A DNA stretch of 64,000 nt from Octopus vulgaris (GCA_951406725.2 OX597828.1:5332001-5396000), one strand, 5' to 3'; counted from the stretch's first letter, positions 26,551 to 40,511 are shown. The notes: a model not told the origin generated them from the letters alone. Numbers and translations are program-made.

Positions 26551-27767
26551 GCACATCGTATATGAAGCGATAAAACGTATCATTGATAACTTCTTATATA
26601 GCACAAACAAACTTATACAATAATTTAGATATCTTCATATATTCGAGTCTTTTTGCAAATTATACTTCATATTTTCAGCATGTGATTTTACCTATAATGT
26701 AAGTTGCATGGAAGCACTAATTTCAAGAAATTAGAATATATTTAGATCCTATAATATAATTCCACCACGAAAAGAAGTCTTCAAGTTGCTAAGACCACCT
26801 ACATAGAAGTCGGTTTACTCTTCTAAGAGTTGAGAAATGACAGAGTTTTCTTTGAACTTTCAATAGCCTAAAGGGCTTGAATATTCAATAACTATGTGCT
26901 GAGATAGTGTAGCATGTCACAGACTATATTGCGAGACACTTATGCTACAATAATAGCAAAGTAAAATCTTCTGTATTCATTTCATTTCGTCATTTATTTA
27001 AATATTAATGCATTATATTCTCCTATAGTATAAACTTTATTCTCCAGACATAATTCAAACGAATGTTCTTTTTATTGATTCAATGATGATACCGATATGG
27101 ATCAATAACGTACATGACTTCAAAGCATGAGAAATCGTTGGAAGATGGAAAAACTGTCACATGATATGCAAGTGTTTGGATTTTCAGTTTGTTATTCTGT
27201 GCAGCACACGTAACAATTTTTGCTTCAGGTTTTCTTTAAAACCAATTTTTATACACATTTCGCGTATAATATGATATAAAGATCATAAGGCAAGAATAAG
27301 GATAGTGAATTACTGAACTTGGACGGGTAAAGAAATACAGAAATAGAAATCCATTAAATTAATAGAAAAATTATAGAAAAAATAAATCATGATATAAAGC
27401 CCATAATTTGTTCATAATGTAATAGTGCAAAGTAGAGGAATATTGGAATTGTTTCCTCTTGATAGTATCATATTGTTTCATATCATAGACAAACACAGGA
27501 AACAGGGGTATAGTATGATACACAGAGTTATGTACAAGATAGGCACTATTGACCTAATGTCATCGGAAATAAAATATAAAAAAAGCTAATTAGAATGATA
27601 CATTATGCATCATGAAAGGAGAAGTGGGCAGATTTCTCAGACTGGAATTTTATAAGCTGGAATATTAGATAAAACTATCGTGAATACATATAAAGCGACA
27701 GGCTCGATTATGGCCTTTTAAACCTGATTTAGGATGCATTATCATGCAGATATAGATTGCTAACAAC

Positions 27768-27854
<87 letters not shown>

Positions 27855-27859
27855 GAGCT

Positions 27860-29170
27860 AGAGGTCATAGTTTGATTGTAGTAAAAATAACATTTACAGC
27901 TGTTTCAGTTTTTTTTAGGTAAATTTGCATTTATCTCGTTCCATGTAACAAACATCGTCAGAGTTTATCAGAGGAATATTGACAGGAGACAAAGGAAAAA
28001 AGGAAGAAGTTCGTTAAGTCTTCAGGCTTACTTATTTTTTCCTGTAAAGGTTGTACGTGTGTGTACACTTCTTCAATTAGATGAATGGAGCATAGAAATA
28101 ATGCCCTTGTTAAAAATTAAGGATTCTCTTAAAAGTTTGAGTGCGATATATATAAATCTGGGTTACGCAAAAAGGTATAACAAATAAACAAAACGTTATG
28201 GGCACCGCGGGCTATCTCCACGTTAATATAATTAAAACCAACCAACTCGACTAGAATAGGCTCAATCACTCGTTTAATCGTGGCAGCCCTAGTAATTTTC
28301 ATGTTAGTCAGTGATCTAACTTTAATGGGAATATATTAAAGAGAATTATTACTCCGAGTGTACATTTTGCATTTACGATAAATAATTCAGTTAGTAGGAG
28401 TAATTTGATATAATTTTGATTTGTGATATTAAATCAAGCTCTGTGGCAAGGATGAGGGTCGAGGGGAGGTAACTAGATGTTAGACAGGCCAGATAATAAC
28501 TTGTAATGTAGGTATTAGCGGCATTGAGAGAATAAGAATTTATCTTTATATAAGCATGTTATTTTTTCTCGTCTAGTATATTAAGTAAATATGATTTGGC
28601 CATTAAAATGCTTAAATTAATGCATAAATTACGGAGATTATTTTTAAGGTTATATGAAGAGGCTTTGGCTAGGATGCGCCATTCTAATCTATAATTAATA
28701 TTGCCTTTAAGTCCCCATATGTAACTGCTTTATCCGGTAGAGTTAGCTTTATTTCTATTTCTGACGCTCGAGATATGGAATTATATCTAAGCTTCATTTC
28801 ATTTTTAGTTGCTCCCACATAAGTATTCTTGTAATTAGTGGAGAATACAGCACATCACATTGGTAGATTACGTTCTTAGTTTTGTATCTATTCAAGAATT
28901 CACAAGTATTTTTATCTCTGAAACCACATAGATTTGTAAGATTATCTGTGCCTATGATATGGTGAGGGGGATTATCATTTATAAGGTGCTTGTCCGTACT
29001 TTTAGTGGGTGAGCTATTGGGGAGATCGCTTATTATATCACTCGATTGGTTGTTGTGATTTTTATTGTTATTCTTCCTAAGTTCGTAGAAGGAGTCTAGT
29101 CTTTTATTGTTATAGGGGCTATAATAATTGCTAGGTTGCTAGTTATGCTATGGCCTATTCTAATTTTATT
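27860..29170 (-). mobile_element. 3' part of a second Naiad-like Penelope element
   Basis: Minus strand CGFRDKNTC...NVIYQC...YVGATKNEMKLRYNS...SYIWGLK; ends with the HHR half GAAACAGCTGTA-aatg near 27890, next to (TA)n. Confidence 0.75.
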
Positions 29171-29834
29171 AATAAAGATTTCTCAGTATTTTGTATGCAT
29201 ATTGATATGCTTATATATGTACATATATATATATTTCATTTTTGGATTTGGTTTGCAAGATCCTTTATATTATTTCGTGTGTTGAAGTATATTCTGTTTT
29301 GTGTGGTGAGAGTAATTCTATTTTAGTGCTTTATGATTCAACACACTCACCGGTAAAATTTCCACGCATTTATTTTTCTGAAATTTTCGTTGCGTCATGC
29401 AACGTTTTCAATAGTTGTTGAGTCTGTCCATTATTCAAGTTGCGTTTTTTGTTTGTTTGTGCGCATGTGTGCGGGTCAGCGTGTGTGCGCATAAACATTT
29501 ATGTATATGTAGGCACGTATGTGTGTATGCATTTATGCATATGCGTGTATATGCATGTATGTATGTGTGTGTCTGTGTATGGGTTTTTGTGACTATGTAC
29601 TATGTCTGTATGTATGGATGTGTATCTCAATATATGTCGATGTGTATATCCATATGTCCCTATCCGTTTGTATGCCTGTCTGTTTACTTTCATATCCATA
29701 TGCCTACATACACATATACATATACACATATCCAAACACATACATATATCTATCTACGTAACAGCCCACTAACTATTCTACATGTATGTAAATATAAACA
29801 AGGAGTATGGGGGTGTGATTATCTACTACGCATA

Positions 29835-30066
29835 TTTCCTCTTTAGTACTGGCATGCTTCATTTATGAGGACGTTCTCCTGTATTTCTCTGAATGTTGGG
29901 TCCGTTGGGTGCTTGGATAAAATGCGGATGTCCAGTTGACCCAGGTTGTCTACATGTTGGCCCTTGGCATGTTGAAAGGGTATGGAGAGCTGTTTTCTTT
30001 TGTCGTCATATTGTCTCAAATGTTAATTTAGTCTTTCCGCAATTCTCCTAGATGTCTCAGACAAAT
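29835..30066 (-). mobile_element. GIY-YIG fragment of another Penelope-like element
   Basis: Minus strand [21 protein letters not shown]...H...H...ILSKHPTDPTFREIQENVLI. Confidence 0.6.
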
Positions 30067-30155
30067 ACGTATATGTATGTATATATATAAATGTATATAT
30101 ATATATGCATGTGAATGTATGTGTATATGTATACAAATACATATATATATATACA

Positions 30156-30228
<73 letters not shown>

Positions 30229-30257
30229 TTTATATATATATATATATATATATATGC

Positions 30258-30305
<48 letters not shown>

Positions 30306-30689
30306 AATATATATATTTACGTATGTATGTACACAAACATGTATGAATTTTCCTCATCATATTCTGTAATATGGTGGTGATGATAGAAAGAAATAGACCA
30401 AATACAGTAATTGCTGAAGGATAGCTTTATTAATAGCATTAATAAAGTTATTAAACTTAGAAATTCTCACAGCAACAGGATATTTTATTATCTGATTGTT
30501 GTTATTCAGGTAATCTAACGTTACATACATAATCAACATTAATCTTATTTTTCCTAAATTTATCTTGAATGAAGTCGGTGATCGCTATGGTTATAATAAC
30601 GATGATGATGGTGATGATGATGACGATGATGATGATGATGGTACTGATAATGATGATGAGGAGGAGGGGGAGGAAGATCATGACGACAA

Positions 30690-32092
30690 CCAAGACGATG
30701 AGAGGAAGAGGAGAATGTACTCTGTGCACGAAGAAAACGGAACCGACCAAGAACAGATATCAGTATGAGGATCACCAAATACTCACAAAAGGAATTGTAG
30801 ACCAGAGGATGGCAAATTTTATTTTGCAGAGGGAAAGATCGTGACAAAGAAAGAATGGAGCTTACTTCAACGCCAGAATGAGACAGGGAGAGACTAGAAA
30901 TGAGAGGGATCGGAAAGGGAAAACTAAATTTTGAAAAAGATGGACGAGATGTTGATGAATATTTTTACTGAAAATATAAAAGATCTGGAAGACCTCGTAT
31001 ATAGCAGAGGTCTGTTGCTGTGCATATTCTTAGGGTTAACAGCAAAAGGATAATTGAAAATCCCACTGAGGGAACGAAGAATGAAAAACCAAATTTAACA
31101 GTTCATAGACGGATGCAAGCAATCAGAAAGAGAATTTTGAGCCAATGACACATGAATGAACGGCTATGAAAATAAGACATTAGACACAAAGTCTTCAGGT
31201 AATTAAAGAAGAGATAAGATAAAAAAATTAAAGCACTGTCAGGGGGAAAAATAACTGATATCAACAGAGAACAAAACAGTACCAGCAGAATAGACTTTTC
31301 AAGAGAAACGTAACGATATTGTATTAAAAACTGGTCAGATGCTGGAAAAGGAAGAAAATTTTGAGCAAAATCTTCAGCAAACATGTGCAACATAACATAA
31401 ACGCAGCCTGGTTGCAAAAATTTAAAAGCGAAATGGAAGATGGAGTAAAACAAGAAAGTATAACAATTACGGATAGGTGACCGAGTTTGAATAAATACAG
31501 CAAATTGAAGTTCCAACCAGATGGTCATCGCTAATTCTGGTCATCCAGCAGTGGAGAAGCATTCATAAATTAGCTGTATCACCTTCGAGCAGATTATGTG
31601 AAAAAATCCTCTGTGACAGGCATATAATTGGTGACTTCTCAAAACTGGCGCACCAGGAGTACAAAGAACATTGTGACTAAGTGGCAGTGCAAATACTGTG
31701 GGAGTTGTGCAGGTGGTATGGAATAGAATTTCCTAGTATTGTATCAACATTTGTCAGAAGCAGAGAATGATCTAGAGAAACATACAGATAAAAAAACTAC
31801 AACATAACCGACTGAATGTTACTCTCCTATGGAAGGTATCCAATTAATGACCTTCATCGATGTAGCTATACCTGTAGACCAAAATATTGGGAAAGTCGTG
31901 AGTGTTAACTATTGTCCTCGTTACTCTGAGGATCATCTCAAAAACAGTAGGCATCAAAAGCTGCAAGTAACAAACTTTATAGTAATACACAAATGGAAGC
32001 GTTTCGTGGAAAAGGCAACACATCTGCGTCTCTAAGCTGCAGGAAGGTGCTGAGAGTTGAGTAGATAACTCCAGAGTAGAAGGGAAAATAAA

Positions 32093-32097
<5 letters not shown>
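30690..32097 (+). mobile_element. internally deleted, decayed R4/Dong-type retrotransposon
   Basis: ERRMKNQI-like N-terminal remnant; LAHQEYKEHCD*VAVQILWELCRWYG; HNR..V...FIDVAIPVDQNI (RLE); 3' end aaaataaaactac like the 19.5-kb copy; flanked by (GAT)n and (TAC/TAA)n. Confidence 0.7.
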
Positions 32098-32164
<67 letters not shown>

Positions 32165-32301
32165 GATGCTGCTGCTGCTCCTGATGTTGTTGCTGCTGCT
32201 GCTACTACTACTACTACTACTACTGCTACTACTGCTGCTGCTACTACAACTACTACTACTACTACTACTAATAATAATAATAATACTACTAATAATAATA
32301 A

Positions 32302-32942
32302 TGGCTTCAAATTTTGTCGCAAGATCAACTATTTTGGGAGAGGGAATGTATCGATTACGTCGACCCCGTGTTCAAGTGGTACTTAATTTATTGATCCTGA
32401 AAGGAGGAAAGACACCGGAGATGCACAATGAGACTGAAACTCACGAATTACATAACCGAAAGCATTTCTTCAGATACTTTAATATTCGTTTATAATCTTA
32501 GTACAAGGCCAGCAAATTCGATGGGCTGGTGTAAGTCGATTACATCGACTCCAGTGCCCAATTGTTTCTTATTTTATCGACCCTGAAGGGATGAAAGCCA
32601 AAGTCAACCTCTGCGGAATTTGATCTCAAGATGTAATGACCAAAGAAATGGCGCTAAGCCTTTTTCCCGGCATAATAACGTCTCTCCCATCTGAGGGCCT
32701 TCGGTTACTTTAATATTGATAATGTTTCTAATGTAAGACACACAGAGACCAACATTTTATTTCGACGGTTTCTATTCGATAGTATCAAATCCGGTTGTTT
32801 TGGGAGTACTGTATTTTATTGATTCAGGAGAATTAATATGAAAGAAGGCTACAGCAATATTTGAACTTAGATCGTAAAGACTCGGTTCAAATATTGCATG
32901 GCATTTTTATCACCGCTTTAAGAATTCTTCTAGCGAGCTGCC
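32302..32942 (-). mobile_element. cluster of three family A SINE fragments of different ages
   Basis: Core atcgacccc/gaaaggatgaaa/ggaatttga remnants at about 32302-32406, 32497-32699 and 32720-32942. Confidence 0.6.
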
Positions 32943-34162
32943 AAAACACCATGTGAGAAGTGTAGCATAATCAAAGAGTTTAACTGAACTGATATTTATT
33001 TTGAAAACCACCAAATGGTTAAACTCAATTTATTTGCCTTTGTTTAGTAAATCCTGGCTGCAGATATAAACTAAGTACGCATATAAATACGGCATATACT
33101 TTTGTCTAACACTTAATCATGTCTACAATGGAATATCGCAACAATCGTACACACACACTCACTGTGACACACATACACACATACCTATTCATACATATAG
33201 GTATATGCATATGTGTGTGCGTGTTTGTGTGTTTGTGTGTGTGTGTGTGTGTTTGTGTGTCTGTGTGTGTGTGTGTATACGTACACATAATTGTCTATGC
33301 AAAGCACATACATTTTGTCGATGAATAACAATAACTTGGATAAGAATATTTGAATATTATATATAAGTGGGAATAAAATGTCATAGAACATAAATGCAAA
33401 ATATTAGCAGAATCAATTTTCATATTTTAATTCATAACAATTATAGTAATTATACGTGAAAAGACCTACGATTAATTAATTCTTTCAGTTTGAAAACATA
33501 AATAATTATGTCAGAATATTCATTCATTAACAATTTCTAATTAGGAAATATTAGTATTGACCTTATGTGCTGAAGACTTCATACAATGATTCCAACGTTT
33601 TTCAAAATGGAAGATGTTGATGAAATTCATTTAAATTTTTGATTTTTAAAAATATATTAAAAATTGGCGAGTCTTTTACAATCAATGGAAATCAGAACAC
33701 GTTTACTTCAGTTGTTTTCTTCAATGATTAGAGTGCTTTCGCTGCCATAGCTGTCAATTCAGCAAGATCGTGAAAGATTTGAGGGAGAATTAAAGACGAC
33801 ATCATCTTAAACTAAAGAAAGAAAAAAACTGAACTTGCCGAAAGAACATGATTGATTCGGCTTCGTAAATATATGTAGAGTTTTCTTTCAATAGTTGGCC
33901 ACCATAAAATTCTTCCAAGGATTCTGTTGACTAGTAAAAACCAATTAAACTCCTTTAGCTTCCCACCCCGAAACGAGACAAAACTTATTATTCATTTACA
34001 TGTTTATATAGACAATACACAATAGACAATACATGCTTATATAGACAATACACAGAAACACGCATCGTGTCATTATTAAAAAGATTATTGGAGTATATGC
34101 TAAATATTATACACGTAGATAGAAATTAATCAATCGACTACAGTCACCAGCGTTTTGCTAAT

Positions 34163-34234
<72 letters not shown>

Positions 34235-34381
34235 GCGTGGTTTAGTGGTAAGAAGCTTGCTTGCCAATCACATGGTTCCAGGTTCAGTTCCACCGCATGG
34301 CACCATATGCAAGTGCCTTCTACTATCGCTCTGGCTTCCAAGATCTTGTGAGTTGATAGAAACTGAAAAAAGCTCATCATG
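34235..34381 (+). mobile_element. family B SINE 5' part
   Basis: gtggtaagaagcttgcttgccaatcacatggttccaggttcagttcc...gaaactgaaa. Confidence 0.7.
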
Positions 34382-34782
34382 TGTGTATATACATACATAC
34401 ATATATACATACATATATGTTTGCCTGTTTGCAAAAAAGTTCTTCAAAAATGAGTTTTGTTAATGGGGATATGTTATCCAGTAGGTTACTTGTTATGAGC
34501 TTCCACGGTGCGTGGATTTATGCATAATGTTGGTTGGTTGGTTGGTTCAACCATTCTTAGTACTTTCCACTTCTGAAAATACAGTTGTCCCAAAAGAGAA
34601 TTCATTCGTAACGATATAGCAGAAATATTTAATAGTTTAAAGAAGACAAACTATACACAAAATGGACCCTGGCAAATGGCTGAAACGTCACGTAGGCAAA
34701 AAAGGATTGATACGGTTGCACAATGATACAAAAATGAATATTCTATGTGCATTCTCTGTTTTCTTTAAACTATTATACATAG

Positions 34783-34937
34783 CTGGGTGTGGGGGGGATT
34801 AGAAGCTTGCTTTCCAACCATATGGTTCCGGTTTCAGTCCCACATTGGGCACATTGGGCAGGTACCTTCTACTATAACTTCGGGTCGACAAGATCTTTGT
34901 AACTAGATTTGGTAGATGAAAACGTAAAGAAGCCCGT

Positions 34938-35025
<88 letters not shown>

Positions 35026-35042
35026 TATATTATATTTGTATA

Positions 35043-35110
<68 letters not shown>

Positions 35111-35335
35111 TATATATCTATGTGCATATGTCTTTGTGATTGTGCTGTCACTCCATTACCGCTTGACAACCAGTGTTGGTGTGTTTTCCTCCGCTTAACT
35201 CAGCTGTTCGGCAAGAGAGACCTTTAGAAAAAGTACTAGTGTTAACATATAAGTCCTGGTGTAGATTTGTTTGACTAAAACCGTTCAAGGCAGTGCTCCA
35301 GCATGGTCGCAGTGAAATGATTGAAGCAAATAAAA
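34783..35335 (+). mobile_element. family B SINE with expanded internal (TA)n
   Basis: Head at 34783-34940, microsatellite, tail gcagtgctccagcatggtcgcag. Confidence 0.75.
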
Positions 35336-36408
35336 AAAAAGAAGCAGAAAAAAATAATTCAATAACTCCAGAACTTCGGGAAGAGAAATCTGAAGAGGGT
35401 AGTTGGAGTGTCTTTATTGCAGGATGAAAATGCTGAGGAATCTAGACGATATAGGAAATGGGAGATCACAAATGATTCAACTTCTGCAGCACGTGTACGA
35501 GACGAGTGTGAGAGTCAAGAAGATATAGAAGGGTTGATGGCATTGCATTGTGAACAACAACTTCAGAGTTTCCAGGTGAAGTGAAATACAAGAAGAGATA
35601 TGGTCGGAGTTTTGAAGGTGTTAGTTATATAAAGAAGACGGTGCTGAAGCATATGTATTCAGAGGATTACATAGAGAAAGAGGTGTCACAGGAGAAAAAA
35701 ATCCAAGCGAGAAGAATCGACTCGATATATGTATATGCACAGATACTATCTTATAGGAGTAAAATCCTTGAGGAACAGAGGGGCATTATCAAAGGTAGAG
35801 AGAATTGTTTCTCCGATTTGAGCAAGATTAGAAGTTTTCGTGTTAAGAAATATAGTGGCCAAAATTGGATAGACGCCCACAGATATTAGAAGTTCAGTAA
35901 GATGCATTGTCCAGTGTATAACAGGGAAGGGTATAGTGTGTTGGTATTGAAAGACACAATGTTCACAATAAAAACCTTTATCGGAACAATTTTGAGAATG
36001 ATAGCAGGGTACGAGATTATGATAAGCATACAATCATGAAGCGTTGGAATGTCTGCATCACATACAGCATGACTAAAGACGCAGTAATTAGAAAGACACC
36101 AGTATTTAGGAGCAAAACGGAGTACTGAATGTGTTTGCAATAAATATAGATGGATGAGTCAACAGTTAAAAGTTTCCTTAATTCGCACTTAAAGAGAATC
36201 TATATGCACACACAAAACACTCACATACGCACACATTACATTCACACACAGAATTCTCAAATCTATAAGCTTAAACGAACTATGTGCGTAAGTACACAAT
36301 TAAGTATATAGACAACTCAGTCCTACCTATATATGCGCACGCACGCACACAACCACAAACACTGACACACAGAGAAGTACACACAAACACAGACACACAC
36401 ACACACAC

Positions 36409-36446
<38 letters not shown>

Positions 36447-37140
36447 AATATATAAAATATATGCTGTGCATATGCTTAATTGCTGGCACATTGGGTATTA
36501 TTCAATATTCACAACACACTTTTTAATTTTCTACAGCTCTGTATTTTAATAAGTGGCATTCATTTCTCTATTACTGGATGGTGCTGGGATAGTCTTAGAA
36601 GCGTGCCTGTGGTCTGAACACGTTGTTCATTAAATTACATTTAATTGCCACACATATTTTTGCTGCAATTTACTAAAGTGGTATGATTGGTCAGCTCAAA
36701 ACGAGTGCAGAAATGATTCCCTATCATTAAGCGCAGCAGCAGCTGTAAAAATTATATAAGATTACTCTTGGAAAATTAGGTGTTCCTCATAGTTTTACCA
36801 ACCTCGAAAATTTGATAGTATTTTCTCGGTATCACTCAATAGATTCAGTATTGTAAATATACGTATATTTAAAATCACGATCAAAACCATAATTGCTTTC
36901 ATGTCAGAAGCGTGTAATTGCTTTTATGTAAGAATATATAAGATTATATTTGCTAGTATACATAAACGCGACTAACAGAAACACACAGACAACCATAAAT
37001 ATATAAATAGATGCACCTCCAGACATACATGATAGAAGCATATACACACCACACGCACACACACACACATCTCACTGTCTCCCTGTCTCTGCTTCTCAAT
37101 CTCTTTCTCTCTCTTATTATTCTCTCTCTCTCGGTCTCTG

Positions 37141-37214
<74 letters not shown>

Positions 37215-37220
<6 letters not shown>

Positions 37221-37417
37221 TATATAGAAGGAGCTTCTACAGGACTAGTACTGTTTCATTCAAGAGAAATCTTCAGGAAGCTTGAATGAAACATTCTCTT
37301 GAATGAAACAGTACTAGTCCTGTAGAAGCTCCTTCTATATAATAAATTAATTTTACTCTGCTATGTATTGAGTACCTTACTTACTGTGGTTAACCCCGAA
37401 TCAACCCGGGACCTACA
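37215..37417 (+). mobile_element. fold-back element, 54-bp perfect arms with rearranged spacer
   Basis: 37215-37268 is the exact reverse complement of 37294-37347; flanked by (TA)n. Confidence 0.85.
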
Positions 37418-37442
37418 TATATATATATATATATATATATAT

Positions 37443-37834
37443 AGGTGCAGGCGTAGCTGCGTGGTGAGAAGCTTGCTTCTCAATTACATGGTTCCGAGTA
37501 CAGTTCCATTGCGTAGCACTATGGGCGAGTGTCTTCTATTATAGACCCGGGCCAACTTGTGAGTGGATTTGTGCGCAGAAACAGAAAGAAGTCCGTGGCA
37601 TGAATATATATGCATGCACCTATCTGTGTGTATCTTTTTGTCCGTTTTTGTCTACCCACCACCTCTTAGGAACCGGCGTTGATGCACGTATTTTCCCGTG
37701 ATTTACCAAATGAAAAGCGGCCGGTGAAATAAGTACTAGGTTTTAAGATGTCCTGTGGTCGATTTGTGTCTTCTAAAACTTTTCAAGGCAGTGCACCAGC
37801 ATGGCAAAAGTCAAATGACTGAAGCCACTAAAAG

Positions 37835-37835
<1 letters not shown>
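37443..37835 (+). mobile_element. family B SINE
   Basis: Head ggtgcaggcgtagctgcgtggtgagaagcttgc; tail ccagcatggc..gtcaaatgactgaa. Confidence 0.75.
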
Positions 37836-37925
<90 letters not shown>

Positions 37926-38831
37926 TTGCAAACGTCGTAAATTGGCAGTCGTGTTTAGGACGATGTTACTACTATTTAGACCCACTTTTTCTGTTCGCTA
38001 ACGACATATCATCTATGTCCGTAAACTATGAGCAAGTGCACTAATGCTCTCCGCCCAGCCTTAGCGACAACTGCAGACCAATGGCTTCAGGATAATTTCT
38101 CTTCCTCGGTAACTGACAATCGCTGGCTAGAGATAGCAGCCACACGATCTCTATCACAGTATACACTTTTAAAGTGACACACATCACTGGCCTCGTAAAG
38201 AGAAAAACATCTAGTTTTAAATCTCTGAGCGAGCAATATATAGCAACAGTACTGCATAGTAAAGTCTATTTGCTAACGTAAAATGGCTGGCTACCAACAC
38301 ACCATTACCCAGAAACCATTGGTTTGCAGGTATCGCTAAGCTGGAGCGGGAGCATTAGCTCCTGTGCTCACAGTATACATATATAGATAATGTGTCGTCA
38401 GTCAGCTGGAAAAGATGTTTTCCTAGGGCTGAACGGCAGTAACAACGTCCCAAGCAGCACTGCTTCTTTACGTTGTCATATGCACTTTACTATGCTGTAC
38501 TGTTACAACATTTTTCTCGCCCAGGTGATTTTCTCTCTACAAGGTAAGTGATTGGATGTCATTTCGAAAATATATACTGTGAATGAGGCTGAGTGGCTCC
38601 TAGGACTAAACAGTATTAACAGAATTCTAATCAGGGCTGACACCTTATGTTGGCAAATAGACTTTACTATGCAGTACTGTTACCAAATATTTCTCGCTCA
38701 GAGATTTAAAACTATACATACATACATACATGCATACATAAATAAATACATACATGCATACACACACACTCACACACAGACACATATATATATATATATA
38801 GATTGATGGGTAGATAGATGGATATATATTC

Positions 38832-39218
38832 TTTTTTACTCTTTTACTTATTTCAGTCATTTGAGCACCGCATTTAGTCGAGCAAATCGACCCCGAGACT
38901 TATTCTTTGTAAGCCCAGTACTTATTCTATCGGTCTCTTTTGCCGAACCGCTAAGTGACGGAGACGTAAACACACCAGCATCGGTTGTCAAGCAATGCTA
39001 GGGGGACAAACACAGGCACACAAACACACGCATACACACATATATATATACATATATACGACAGGCTTTTTCAGTTTCCGTCTACCAAATCCACTCACAA
39101 GGCATCGGTCGGCCCGGGGCTATGCCAGAAGACACTTGACCAAGGTGCCACGCAGTGGGACTGAACCCGGAACCATGTGGTTGGTAAGCAAGCTACTTAC
39201 CACACAGCCACTCCTGCG

Positions 39219-39220
<2 letters not shown>
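38832..39220 (-). mobile_element. family B SINE, young copy
   Basis: Highly similar reverse complement of 8540-8950. Confidence 0.85.
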
Positions 39221-39267
<47 letters not shown>

Positions 39268-39280
39268 GTATGTATGCATG

Positions 39281-39314
<34 letters not shown>

Positions 39315-39336
39315 TGTATGTATGTATGTATGTATG

Positions 39337-39385
<49 letters not shown>

Positions 39386-39822
39386 ATAAAGGAAGGAAAA
39401 TGCACACAATTTACATAGTTTTAATATCTTTTAAAATATATTTTAGAAGTGAAAGAGTATTGTGTTCGTCGACGGTTTCGCTTTCGCTAATCTTGACATT
39501 GAAAATTTCATAATCTCTTCAGAAGATTTTAGCCCATATTCTTGTACGGAAGTTTGTGAATGAATCAACAAGTAGAAACATCTAAGGAGAGGTAGTTGGT
39601 GGTAATTGCTCGTCATTTTTCTGGAGGGGTAATAAATAAATTTACAAAAACTGAAAAGCTAAAGCAGTGAGATGAAATATGTAACGAGATGGGTATGTGA
39701 TCATGAATTAAAATGATTAGTGCGACAAAAGTTAGTCATGAGCTCATATTATGGCGTGTTCTGTAATTTTCAATGAAAAATGTTCTCTATTTAAACGTTC
39801 GTGTGTAGAAATTGGTACTTGG

Positions 39823-39872
<50 letters not shown>

Positions 39873-40033
39873 AATTACTTTACCACACACTGAAACTTTT
39901 AGGAATAGCAGCCAAAAAGTTTTGTTGCCATTTCTTCTACTATAAGAAAAATCTCCCATACAGTGTTTACTCAAAAATAATTCACGTAGATATGGAGGGA
40001 AAAATAACAAAATATCACATGTACAAAGATCAT

Positions 40034-40096
40034 TTGAGAACGTTACGTTTCTGGATTAGTTGAATTTGAAATTCAATATTTCCTTCGTCAGCTCAA
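40034..40096 (-). ncRNA. hammerhead ribozyme with canonical core
   Basis: Minus strand ttgag-CTGACGA-a-gga...tcc-a-GAAACG-taa-CGTT-ctcaa; lies inside a ~315-bp module (39868-40183) between (TA)n tracts. Confidence 0.65.
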
Positions 40097-40203
40097 CATT
40101 TCTTAATTTGGATTTGAAAGCACTAAAAATCGAACATACCCGTCTGATATGAGTAATCTCAGACAAACCATCTTCAACTTTTTGATATATATATATATAT
40201 ATA

Positions 40204-40250
<47 letters not shown>

Positions 40251-40255
<5 letters not shown>

Positions 40256-40465
40256 ATCCAAACAAGAAAACAAAAAAAAACCCCCAAAAACACAACAACG
40301 CGTGGACGTGGAACAAATAAAGTATTATTGGACGCTCAGGAAAGAAGGGAAGAAGGAGGGTTTAACGTTTCGAGCGGAGCTCTTCGTCGGAAACATAGGA
40401 GAAGGAAAGATCCCGAGAAGGGAAGACAAAGGAAAAAATCGCCAACGGTACTCACGAGGTCACAT
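40251..40465 (-). mobile_element. ~200-bp pLTR-like module with mini-HHR (40360-40394, minus)
   Basis: Reverse copy of 12676-12880, flanked by (TA)n. Confidence 0.7.
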
Positions 40466-40473
40466 ATTGAAAG

Positions 40474-40511
<38 letters not shown>

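Noticed and set aside
30565-30768. Acidic D/E-rich ORF
   Set aside because: Degenerate (GAT/GAG)n microsatellite abutting the R4/Dong remnant
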